From positions 510,660 through 574,659 of the forward strand of contig JAXMBC010000001.1 in NCBI GenBank assembly GCA_046350055.1: a DNA stretch of 64,000 nt, given 5' to 3'. Numbering within the stretch: position 1 is the first letter of the stretch; every line of letters begins with the position of its first letter. This DNA comes from Gemmatales bacterium. GTDB lineage: Bacteria; Planctomycetota; Planctomycetia; Gemmatales; HRBIN36. Positions 27,001 through 34,631 of this stretch are shown one piece after another. The notes beneath the pieces are model-generated. The model ran no database searches. It saw nothing but the letters and a program-made list of their open reading frames with translations, and had not been told where the DNA came from. The translations under genes were made by a program, and so were the position numbers.

Positions 27001-28693
27001 CTTGGAACGCAATCAGGCCCTCTACCTGCAGAAATGGCAATCCGACAAGCAACGTACTGAAACGCAACCTCTTACTGTCGAATACGAACTCGCGGACACG
27101 GGGGATTCCGGCAACCTGCTACTCCAGCGAAAACGTGTTAGATCCTCGCTCTGCATGATCGCCAAGAATAACGAAAACTGTATCGTCGAATGCCTCACCA
27201 GTATTCGCCCCTATGTCGATGAGATGATCCTCGTTGATACCGGTTCCACCGACCGTACTGCGGAACTGGCCAAATCACTCGGAGCCCGAGTCTACCACTT
27301 CCCCTGGTGCGATAGCTTCAGCGCCGCCCGCAACGAGAGCCTCAAATATGCCCATGGCCAATGGATCTTCTGGATGGACACCGATGATGTCATCAGTCCG
27401 GAATGTGGCCAGAAGCTCCGTGCCCTTACTTATCAAGATCACCCAGACCATATCATGGGATTCTTCATGCAGGTCCACTGCATAGGGCGAGGTCCCGAAG
27501 GTCATCAAGACGTCACCATGGTGGATCACGTCAAGCTGATTCGCAACCATCCGGCCATTCGCTTCGAGTTGAGAATGCATGAGCAAATCATGATGCCCAT
27601 CCGCCGTCTTGGCGGCGAGATCGTCTGGACTGACATATATGTCACTCATGCCAACTATGATCATTCTCCTGTTGGTCAGAAGCACAAGTTGGAACGGGAC
27701 CTCAAGCTTCTACATCTCGACGAAGCCGAAAACCCCGATCATACCTTTGTCCTCTTTAACCTGGGCATGACCTATGAAGCACATGATCCTGACAAAGCTA
27801 TCGGCTACTTGGAACGAAGTATCAAAACGGCTGGGGATGGTGAATCACATCTAAGAAAGGTCTTTTCCTACTTAACCAGTGCCTATGCTCGCACCAATCA
27901 ACTGGAGAAAGCTCTTGATGCCACTGATCGTGGACTGAAGGTGTTTCCCCTGGATGAAGAACTTCGCTATCGAAGGGCAAATTTACTGGTGGAGTTGGGG
28001 AGACTGGAGGTTGCAGTCCAGGCATACAAGCAGTTGTTGGAAGAACGGGAGCCACGTCACATCACCAGTGTCATGCAAGGCCTCAGTAGCCACATGGCTC
28101 GTGCACAGTTGGCTAACACGTATGCTTCCATGGATCGGCTGGATGAAGCTATGAACCATTGGGTGCAAGTTACCAGCGAAGCGCCCTGGTACCGCACGGG
28201 GTGGCGAGGTCGTGTGGAGACTCTTCTCAAATTGGGTAAACCCCAACTGGCAGCCGATCTGGTTCAGGGATCTCCTGTTCTTCGTCAACTTCCTGGCGAA
28301 GCTGAACACCTACTGGGGAACATCCACGTTGCCATCAACGACATGTCGCGAGCTGCTCACTGGTTTCAGCAGGCTGTTGAACAGTATCCTGATGACGAGG
28401 TGTTGCTGGAACGGACATCACGATTCTTCTTTGAGCATGGACCGGCTCATCAGGCATTTCCTTATCTCCAGCGACTGGTCGCCCTCAATCCCAAGAATGC
28501 ATCAGCACTCCACAATCTTGGGACTTTGCTATTCGAGGCTAAGGATTTTGAGCAAGCGGCTGCATGTCTTAAAGACTCCTTGGGTGTCCGACCAAACTCC
28601 AAACAAACATGGGAATTGCTATCGGTAGTCTTACATAAAATGGGAGATGAGCAAGGCGCGGAGGAAGCTAGGCGTCGCAGTCAAGAACTTTGA
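24023..28693 (+). CDS. Multidomain glycosylation protein: CgeB-like GT1 domain, SAM methyltransferase, three GT2 domains and TPR repeats
   Basis: 1556-aa ORF. aa 1-285 are CgeB/GT1-like ('FNRSIKNDINMRVFEAAACGSLLMTN'). The methyltransferase motif I is 'ILDIGCGAGRLG'. Three GT2 starts are seen ('SIILVTHNG...IDNGSTDGT', 'SIIIPVHGQ...IDNASPDET', 'LVDTGSTDRT...WMDTDD'). The C-terminus carries TPR-like repeats. Confidence 0.85.
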   Translation: MSIQSVAVLFDNTDRPETTGVYVRRALGELVQVDHYVPKALQELRNAPYDLYLQVDDGHDVVLPEQLRPIAFWAIDTHMDLDRYRRIAHRYDWVFTAQRDGAEALQKMGISATWLPLACDPFFHRRHEVPKQYDLAFIGNMVSGSRADLVYFLQQQFPNMLIDRRYFAEMAQAYSSSRIVFNRSIKNDINMRVFEAAACGSLLMTNDLQNNGMAELFQDGIHLATYKSPEELLDKTRFYLANETSREKIAAAGMAHAHQHHTYRHRVEQILKTAESRPTRVALAKPVAASTPTFQSDSFYFGYVRQEILALIPQDAKRILDIGCGAGRLGEALQQRQNATVVGIETVPAAAAQARLRLAEVHEVDIETSTPNFDQPFDVVVCADVLEHLKNPLDVLRKVKGWMQPEGTLVVSIPNARHHTVVRGLLDGHWTYEPAGILDETHLRFFTRREIEKLLFRAGFNIAQRDMTTGAEYADWLKQGCKGEIKLGRLFIGGMTPEDAEEFHVYQYLFTGKLKQHRDYGITSIILVTHNGLADTRECISSLIQLTDHPYELICIDNGSTDGTPDYLETLANTTVIRNTENRGFPAAVNQGLQLATGKQILLLNNDTVLTTGWLSRMLDALYSEDRVGLVGPVSNCAPGDQRVRDIPYAPDLIGMDGFAWDIATRNAGRRLATSSLSGFCLMFRKEVYEQLGLLDERFGIGTMEDDDYCHRAVKEVWKVIVAQDVYIHHAGHRTFQAMGLDFDALAEHNREQFHQKWATDTPAKTWGLTSIIIPVHGQLSHTQRCIESIRQHTPQPFEIIVIDNASPDETAAWLKQQNDITVIANPVNRGFPAAINQGLRMAQGEQLLILNNDTVVTPGWLERQLEALASAPEVGMVGPCTNRISGEQQVAVDYDQEALQGLDEFSSKWSIQHRKQYEPTDRLVGFCMLMKRSLFEKVGAFDEQFGLGNFEDDDYCRRAMQAGFQLLIVRDAFIHHVGHATFQGAGVDIVGLLERNQALYLQKWQSDKQRTETQPLTVEYELADTGDSGNLLLQRKRVRSSLCMIAKNNENCIVECLTSIRPYVDEMILVDTGSTDRTAELAKSLGARVYHFPWCDSFSAARNESLKYAHGQWIFWMDTDDVISPECGQKLRALTYQDHPDHIMGFFMQVHCIGRGPEGHQDVTMVDHVKLIRNHPAIRFELRMHEQIMMPIRRLGGEIVWTDIYVTHANYDHSPVGQKHKLERDLKLLHLDEAENPDHTFVLFNLGMTYEAHDPDKAIGYLERSIKTAGDGESHLRKVFSYLTSAYARTNQLEKALDATDRGLKVFPLDEELRYRRANLLVELGRLEVAVQAYKQLLEEREPRHITSVMQGLSSHMARAQLANTYASMDRLDEAMNHWVQVTSEAPWYRTGWRGRVETLLKLGKPQLAADLVQGSPVLRQLPGEAEHLLGNIHVAINDMSRAAHWFQQAVEQYPDDEVLLERTSRFFFEHGPAHQAFPYLQRLVALNPKNASALHNLGTLLFEAKDFEQAAACLKDSLGVRPNSKQTWELLSVVLHKMGDEQGAEEARRRSQEL

Positions 28694-28784
28694 TCCTAAG
28701 CACTCCTTCAACCACAATTCCCTTCTGCTGCCGTCAATCTTGTGACTTACAACTTCCTCACATTTACTAACGTGCTACAAGCGA

Positions 28785-29213
28785 TTACTTATGCCTGAAG
28801 TCATCCCCAGGAGCAACAGGCCAACTGGAACTGTTGTAGAGCACTGTAGTGCGATGTCCTGATGGACTGATGATGGTACGGGAGAGACCTTCAACATCGT
28901 AGACCATTGTTGTTCGATTCCCGATTGTTCCCACACTAGATTGGGGAGATCGATCTAAGTCATACATGTATGTCGTTCTGGGGAATATAGGAATATGGGT
29001 GTCATTACCATCCCTCTCGTAGACAAGACTGCCATTTGAAAGTGCATATAGCCGCAGTAGATTCCCATTACTGTCGAAGTAGCAAACCCCTGGATTGATC
29101 AAAACCCTGCTCAATGTAGACTTTTGATCTCCACTGCGATTGTCGGACTTCTCGTCATTTTCGTCATCAGCTGGAAGAATGACTTCATCGTCTTGGTCGT
29201 TGGCCATTGGCAA
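28785..29213 (-). CDS. Small YD-repeat protein (possible RHS-related fragment)
   Basis: 142-aa ORF with an acidic N-terminus followed by YD-type repeats ('NRTTMVYDVEGLSRTIISPSGHRTTVLYN'). It is adjacent to an IS remnant and may be a gene fragment. Confidence 0.4.
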   Translation of the reverse strand: MPMANDQDDEVILPADDENDEKSDNRSGDQKSTLSRVLINPGVCYFDSNGNLLRLYALSNGSLVYERDGNDTHIPIFPRTTYMYDLDRSPQSSVGTIGNRTTMVYDVEGLSRTIISPSGHRTTVLYNSSSWPVAPGDDFRHK

Positions 29214-29301
29214 TCTCCATAGACAAGTCCATTTAATTTAACCATACACCAATAACAACGCAATGGGACGCGATACTATTCTCTCCTCTACCGTGTCCCT
29301 T

Positions 29302-29654
29302 AACCTCGTGCTGATTGGCCAGTCCAGACTGCTCGCCAATCTCGACCTGGGCGTTAACCACGACATCAAGAGTCGAGTCACCTACTCCGTCATCACTAAG
29401 CGTCTAAACTCCGATTCCCTGCGTGACTTCATCCTGCGTGAGTTGGATCGCGTCGGGCTCGGCCTCAACACCTTCACGCAACCCGCCGTCGATCTTATCG
29501 TCCGTTCGGCTGATGGTGTGCTTCGCAAGGCACGCAACCTCTGCGTCGGCTCGATGATCGAAGCTGTCCGCAGTGCCAGCAAGACATCGACAACGTCAAT
29601 CGCGTCCTGATTCAACCCCACTGGCAGAAAGAGTGTGACCTCGTCGATTACTGA
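29302..29654 (+). pseudogene. ExeA/TniB-like ATPase, 3' fragment with a terminal frameshift
   Basis: It matches the last ~115 aa of the 8574-9374 ATPase. The frame is lost after 'VRSASKT'. Confidence 0.6.
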
Positions 29655-29736
29655 TCGTCACGGGTGAGTGAAGCCTTCGCTTCGCCCACCACGTCCCATC
29701 TGTTTACATGAGTCTTCATTCCACCACCTGCAACCC

Positions 29737-30063
29737 ATGATCACCAGAGAACTGCTGCGCCATCTCCGCAACGATCTGCCCATGCCCGTCACCATCGCCG
29801 CCCTCGGCACCGATGGTCCGCCTGCCAAACGCAGCGAAGGACGCTACCTCTTCCACTGCCCGCATTGCAAAGAGATGCTCGCCACAGTCAACCCACGCAA
29901 CAACCTTGCTCATTGCTTCGGCTGCACCAAGAACCTCAACAATATCGACCTGCTTCTCATCATGGGCTACGACTTCATATCCGCCGTCAGCATCCTGGCG
30001 AGGATGTACGACCAGCACCGGGCCCGGTTGCCTCGTGCTGAATCACCGCTGGCATCGAGCTAG
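29737..30063 (+). CDS. CHC2-type zinc-finger protein of the Mu-like element (intact copy)
   Basis: 'MITRELLRHL...FHCPHCKEMLATVNPRNNLAHCFGCTKNLNNIDLLLIMGYDF' follows the C-P-x-C ... H-C-F-G-C pattern of primase-type CHC2 fingers. Confidence 0.6.
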   Translation: MITRELLRHLRNDLPMPVTIAALGTDGPPAKRSEGRYLFHCPHCKEMLATVNPRNNLAHCFGCTKNLNNIDLLLIMGYDFISAVSILARMYDQHRARLPRAESPLASS

Positions 30064-30265
30064 CAAGACTACTCCTTCCACCCTGTCTCTGGGATCGCCC
30101 CCCCATGCTTACTCTTCATCACCTGACCAGCACCGTCGTATACCCCTTCTCCAGTTTGCGGACCAGCACACCTAGCTTTTCCCTATCTTCAGCGTTTCCG
30201 TCCGGTGAACAGCACCCTTGACAGGTCTGGTACTCTCGCTCTATTTCTTAAGAGGCGAGGGTGTC

Positions 30266-30643
30266 ATGGCGAACCGTGTGCGGAGTGAGGCGAAGGAACG
30301 GTTGTGGCGGGAGCAAGTAACGTCGTGGCAGCGGAGTGGGTTATCGATCCGTGAGTACTGCCAGCAGCATCAGTTGAACGAGCCCAAATTCTACGCATGG
30401 CGTCGCGAGTTAGCACGGCGTGATGAGGCGGGTGGCATTTCCACGAAGTCAGTTCAACGACCTAAGCCATTGTCAGTGACATGGATGCCGCTCACGGTCG
30501 ATCCTTCAACGGTACCAGTGGTAGAAGTGCAGTTGACCACTGGCACAGTGCTGCGTGTCCCTGCTGGTGTCGAGAGCATGCCCCTGGAACGTATCCTGAA
30601 GGCACTACATCAGGCGAATGCTGCTCAGGAAGCACGGCCTTGA
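30266..30643 (+). CDS. IS66 orfA (HTH accessory protein), intact
   Basis: 'MANRVRSEAKERLWREQVTSWQRSGLSIREYCQQHQLNEPKFYAWRRELARRDEAGG...VEVQLTTGTVLRVPAGV'. Confidence 0.7.
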   Translation: MANRVRSEAKERLWREQVTSWQRSGLSIREYCQQHQLNEPKFYAWRRELARRDEAGGISTKSVQRPKPLSVTWMPLTVDPSTVPVVEVQLTTGTVLRVPAGVESMPLERILKALHQANAAQEARP

Positions 30644-30812
30644 TCACGCTGCGACTGCCGACCCGGGTGTTTTGTGCCTGGCCCCCACCGATATGCGTAA
30701 GAGCTTCGATGGCCTGGCATCGGTCGTGTCCAGCACGATGGCTGCCGATCCTCTGGCAGGGGATCTGTTCGTCTTCCGAGGCAAGCATGGCGACCGGATC
30801 AAGCTGCTCTAT
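30640..30812 (+). pseudogene. IS66 TnpB fragment (start ATG changed to TTG, frameshifted and truncated)
   Basis: '(L)ITLRLPTRVF' then shifts frame to 'CLAPTDMRKSFDGLASVV...GDLFVFRGKHGDRIKLLY' and ends. Confidence 0.6.
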
Positions 30813-30835
30813 TGGGAATGCGACTGACGACATGT

Positions 30836-32086
30836 TCACTTTCTCAAATCAAACACCACTTTATGCTGATAGCTGGTCTGATCCATGGAAATCACCATCT
30901 CTACTCGTTCCGGGTCAAAGGAAAGCCCGCCTTTGGGTGTTTCAAAGAGCTTTGCCTCATCCACCGCCCAGCTAGTGTGAACCCAATACCAGGCCACTCT
31001 CTGATCGCCCTTGATGAAACTCAGCGTAACCTTGCAAGCAGGTAGTGATTGCCCTGTCAGAGTTATGATCACACCTCGTTCATCAGTTATCAGAATCCCA
31101 GGATCATAAGGTCGATACTTACAGGTAAAGCGAAGCAGGTCGCAGTGCGCTTTGAAATCCTCTGCTTTTTTGGCTTCATCATACTGGTAGTCTTGAGTGG
31201 TTGTTTGCTCCGCATCATGCACGGTCACTTTGACTTTCTTGACAAGCAGCACAGTCTTGCAGCCTCGTATCTTTCCATTCAAGTTCATGCCAGAGGAATA
31301 GGGACAATAGACCCAGGTATCAGCCTTCCATTCCCTAAGGAAGTGGACATTTTTCTGAACTTGGCCTTGAGCTCCAGTGAGTTCAACAATGATCGTACAG
31401 TTCTTGCGAGTTGGACCAGAATTGTAGAGCTTGCAACAGTCTATTGCGGTAGGAACGATGCTCTCATCAAAGTCGATGATGAATGGTGCAGCTGAAGTGG
31501 ATGCCTGAGGAGAATAGCGTTCAATCACTTTGGCTAAAAGCTGATTGGCTACCTCCAGCGTATCATCTCCAGCGCAAAGTGCTTCATACTCCTTCAGGAT
31601 GGCCTTGCGTACCTGATCGTTCTGAGCACCAATATCTAGGCCGTGCTTGATATCACCTAACGCTCCAAAGATAAACGCTTCTAACATGAGGTTGCCGTCG
31701 TCTTGAAGCTGTGGAAGTGCTTTCACTCTCTGAAGGGACTGAGCAGCGTCCTGATAGACTTGAAGTGTGAGGTCTTTGATGTGGGTGAGATCCTGATCAA
31801 CAGGATGAAGGCCCTTGAGCGTCATGATGTTCTCTTGAAGTGTCAGCTCAAAGTTCTTTGGTCTCTGGAAGGAATCGGGGTCAGCACTGATTGGCACACT
31901 CAGAATCGTGGCAAGAGTGACATACTCGGCAGGGATTCCCTTCGCCGGAAGGGTGACTTGAGGCGTGAGGATATTCGACTGAGATGGATTCGCCTTGGAC
32001 TCTGCAGTCACCGAGGCTGCGGGTGCCGTGGAGCAACCTGATACCGTCAACAACACGCAATGAAAGGCAAGAAGTCTTATCAGCAT
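30836..32086 (-). CDS. Hypothetical lipoprotein
   Basis: 416-aa ORF with the signal/lipobox-like N-terminus 'MLIRLLAFHCVLLTVSGCS'. No recognised domain. Confidence 0.55.
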   Translation of the reverse strand: MLIRLLAFHCVLLTVSGCSTAPAASVTAESKANPSQSNILTPQVTLPAKGIPAEYVTLATILSVPISADPDSFQRPKNFELTLQENIMTLKGLHPVDQDLTHIKDLTLQVYQDAAQSLQRVKALPQLQDDGNLMLEAFIFGALGDIKHGLDIGAQNDQVRKAILKEYEALCAGDDTLEVANQLLAKVIERYSPQASTSAAPFIIDFDESIVPTAIDCCKLYNSGPTRKNCTIIVELTGAQGQVQKNVHFLREWKADTWVYCPYSSGMNLNGKIRGCKTVLLVKKVKVTVHDAEQTTTQDYQYDEAKKAEDFKAHCDLLRFTCKYRPYDPGILITDERGVIITLTGQSLPACKVTLSFIKGDQRVAWYWVHTSWAVDEAKLFETPKGGLSFDPERVEMVISMDQTSYQHKVVFDLRK

Positions 32087-32161
32087 GATTTCACTCCACA
32101 GTTTCCACTACTGTAGACTATAGTAAACAGAAAAGCATACCCCTGACTGTACCTTGCCGAC

Positions 32162-32377
32162 ATGGTTGGTACAGTGTTGCAATCCATCCGCCACCAGCGG
32201 AACATGACTCAAGAAGAGCTGGCATCCAAAGCCAAGGTGGATCGCACGTACATCAGTTTGCTGGAACACAATAAGAAATCACCGACCGTTGATATGCTGT
32301 TTCGCTTGTGCCGTGCTCTGGGCGTGCGGCCTTCCGTCGTGATTGCCCGGACCGAAAAGGCCCAATCCACCAAGTAA
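32162..32377 (+). CDS. XRE-family helix-turn-helix regulator
   Basis: 'IRHQRNMTQEELASKAKVDRTYISLLEHNKKSPTVDMLFRLCRALGV' is a classic HTH_3 pattern. Confidence 0.8.
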   Translation: MVGTVLQSIRHQRNMTQEELASKAKVDRTYISLLEHNKKSPTVDMLFRLCRALGVRPSVVIARTEKAQSTK

Positions 32378-32643
32378 AAGCTCACCTTAATTCAGACCCT
32401 TCTTGCGTCACAATACAGTGAGGGGAGGAATAGCTATTTCCACTCTCATCCCCAGGCTGAAACCTGCGAGAAAAGCGCTTCCCTTCCTCCGGCCATCCTT
32501 GGGCGGAGTCGAGTAGCAGGTGCCAGCCTGCAGCTTTTGTTCCCCCTTTTAATGGAGAAGTCATGCCCAATTCACGTGGGCCGCCAGTCAGGCGCGCACT
32601 GCATCTGTTGTTTCTTGTTTCCCATCCCTAGCAGGAGATTGTT

Positions 32644-32874
32644 ATGAAGGTGTTCTACATCAACAACGATGGGGCCGGGTTCGCCGACACTATCGACATC
32701 CCCGAAGCCCAGACAGTCCAGCAGTTCTTCCAGGAACGCTTACCCGAACGTAGGCCACAGGACTATCTGATTCGTGTGAATCGCTTGCCTGTCAGTGCTG
32801 ACCAGGTGCTGCAGGAGCACGATCGCATTTCCATTTCACCAACGAAGATTCAGGGGGCGGCGATTGCCGCCTGA
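32644..32874 (+). CDS. ThiS/MoaD-like ubiquitin-like (beta-grasp) protein, cassette 1
   Basis: 76 aa. '[31 protein letters not shown]|AAIAA' resembles the ThiS C-terminal half, ending in Gly71 plus a 5-residue tail. It is the first gene of the Ubl-E2-JAMM-E1 cluster. Confidence 0.7.
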   Translation: MKVFYINNDGAGFADTIDIPEAQTVQQFFQERLPERRPQDYLIRVNRLPVSADQVLQEHDRISISPTKIQGAAIAA

Positions 32875-32893
32875 CCTTGACCACGAGTCTCAT

Positions 32894-32925
32894 AAGCCCA
32901 CGGACACACCGTGGGCTTTTTCGTT
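32894..32925 (+). terminator. Intrinsic terminator/attenuator hairpin between the Ubl and E2 genes
   Basis: AAGCCCACGG-acaca-CCGTGGGCTT (10-bp perfect stem) followed by TTTCGTT, 20 nt after the Ubl stop. Confidence 0.6.
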
Positions 32926-32947
32926 CGTCAGACCAGGAGTCACTTCC

Positions 32948-33991
32948 ATGACCACCCGTGAAATGATCCGCCTGGCTCAGAAGCTCCAGCAGAATTGGCT
33001 GCAGAGCTATGAAGACCAGCGTGAATCCGTTGTCCCGATCACCTCGGTGATCAGCAGCCAACTCAAACGCCTGCGCCACGCTGAACATAGGCTGCAGCTG
33101 GCCCGAAACCATCACCTCACCCTAATTGAACCCGAACTCCAGCAAAAGGTAATTTCACAGGCTTGCTCCCTGCGTATCACCTTGCAGGATCTGGAAGGGG
33201 TTCATTTTCCCCGGCAGCGTTCTTACTGTTTCCGCGACTTCTACGAAGACCTGGTGCAATTGCACGAGGAGTTCCCCGAGGTCAAAGTAAACTGGGACGA
33301 TTCCGTGCTGATCGTCGTTACAGAGGCGATCACCTTGAAGCATATAGAACTGGGGGCCTTCGCTCTGCATTTCCACTGGAAACAGTGGGCGGAGGATCAC
33401 AACCTTACATGTCTCCAGGTTATCGCTGAAGAACCGAACTCGCCGGAGCAGAATGAGGAAGTGACTCATCCCCATGTACGTGAGAAAGAACTCTGTTCGG
33501 GGGATGCCCACCTTTCCTTACAGAAAGCGTTTGCAGAGGGGCGACTCGCAGAAGCCTTCCTGATCATTCGGGCAGTGCTTACCAACTACAACCCCGGTAG
33601 TGCCTATGTCCGCCTGGAAGAATGGCACGGCTCTCCCTGTTACGACTGTGGTCAATATTCCCATGACGAAGACCGCGGCAACTGCCATGGCTGTCATCAC
33701 GATTATTGCCAGGAGTGCATCCACAGCTGCTCTACCTGCGACGAGTCTCGTTGCCTGAGTTGCCTGGATAGTTGCTCCGTGTGTGAAGACCGCTGTTGCC
33801 CAGATTGCCTGGAGTTGACCTGCACTAATCACTACGTCTGCCGTTCCTGCCGGGAGACCTGCCCGGGCTGCCAACAACTCTATGGACCTGGTGAACTCGA
33901 TGCGGAGACCAGGCTCTGTCACGACTGTGTTGATGACACCATTCCACTGGAGGAATCTTCCGATGAAGTTCTTTCGACGGCAGCGACCTAA
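32948..33991 (+). CDS. E2 (UBC)-like protein with a C-terminal poly-CxxC domain, cassette 1
   Basis: ATG 32948 (AGGAG upstream). 'EEVTHPHVREKELCSGD' resembles the UBC HPN...C active-site signature. aa 231-327 contain ten CxxC motifs. Confidence 0.65.
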   Translation: MTTREMIRLAQKLQQNWLQSYEDQRESVVPITSVISSQLKRLRHAEHRLQLARNHHLTLIEPELQQKVISQACSLRITLQDLEGVHFPRQRSYCFRDFYEDLVQLHEEFPEVKVNWDDSVLIVVTEAITLKHIELGAFALHFHWKQWAEDHNLTCLQVIAEEPNSPEQNEEVTHPHVREKELCSGDAHLSLQKAFAEGRLAEAFLIIRAVLTNYNPGSAYVRLEEWHGSPCYDCGQYSHDEDRGNCHGCHHDYCQECIHSCSTCDESRCLSCLDSCSVCEDRCCPDCLELTCTNHYVCRSCRETCPGCQQLYGPGELDAETRLCHDCVDDTIPLEESSDEVLSTAAT

Positions 33992-34631
33992 ACGTCGCTG
34001 CCTGGTCTTTTCGCCACTGGCCTACTTAAAGTTCCAGTATCTCTGTCATGCGGGCCCCACGGAAGTTGGGGCCTTTGCTGTTTCATCCCTTCAGCGACCA
34101 CTCTATATCGAGGAGTTGCATACCCTTCCACAAACCACCTCTCCTGGAACTGTTGAGTTCCACGATACTGCCGTGGCCGATTACTTCGATCAGTGTGTTG
34201 ATCGGGGACTGCAGCCTGCACAATTCTTCAGACTTTGGTTGCACACCCATCCGGGTGACTCTGCTGAACCCAGTGGTACCGATGAAGAGACTTTTCAACG
34301 AGTCTTTGGAACTACGGACTGGGCGGTGATGGCCATTCTGAGCCGCGGAGGCCGCAGTTACGCACGCATGCGTCTCAACGTTGGGCCTGGTGCCAGCTGC
34401 CGACTCCGCTGGCGCGTAGATTGGGCATCTTGGCCGGAAGAACTCAATGATCATTCACTGCAGTACCTACATGAGGCCTGGCAGGAAGAGTACTCATTGA
34501 ACATCCGACCTAGCATGCCACACACTTTTCCCCATCACACAGGAATGAACTGGAACTCTCAACTTCTGGCCGAGATCGACCATTGGCATTCCCTTTCCAC
34601 CCCTGGAGACTCTCACGATGTCTTTTCCTGA
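33963..34631 (+). CDS. JAB/JAMM (MPN+) metallopeptidase, cassette 1
   Basis: 'GPTEVGAF' supplies the Glu, and 'HTHPGDSAEPSGTDEETF' matches H-x-H-x7-S-x2-D. The gene overlaps the E2 end by 29 nt. Confidence 0.85.
   Translation: MKFFRRQRPKRRCLVFSPLAYLKFQYLCHAGPTEVGAFAVSSLQRPLYIEELHTLPQTTSPGTVEFHDTAVADYFDQCVDRGLQPAQFFRLWLHTHPGDSAEPSGTDEETFQRVFGTTDWAVMAILSRGGRSYARMRLNVGPGASCRLRWRVDWASWPEELNDHSLQYLHEAWQEEYSLNIRPSMPHTFPHHTGMNWNSQLLAEIDHWHSLSTPGDSHDVFS

Larger units (their letters stand above)
29302..30192 (+). mobile_element. Mu/Tn552-like transposon, copy 2 remnant (3' part only)
   Basis: Homology to copy 1 begins within the ATPase ('NLVLIGQ.RLLANLDLGVNHDIKSRVTYS'). It continues through the CHC2 gene and part of the terminal segment, and is cut by IS66 copy 2 at 30193. 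Confidence 0.65.
30193..30812 (+). mobile_element. IS66-family element, copy 2, truncated after ~620 bp
   Basis: It has the same left end ('cgtttccgtccggtgaa') and orfA as copy 1. Homology ends at 'aagctgctctatt' (~30812) inside tnpB. Confidence 0.75.
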
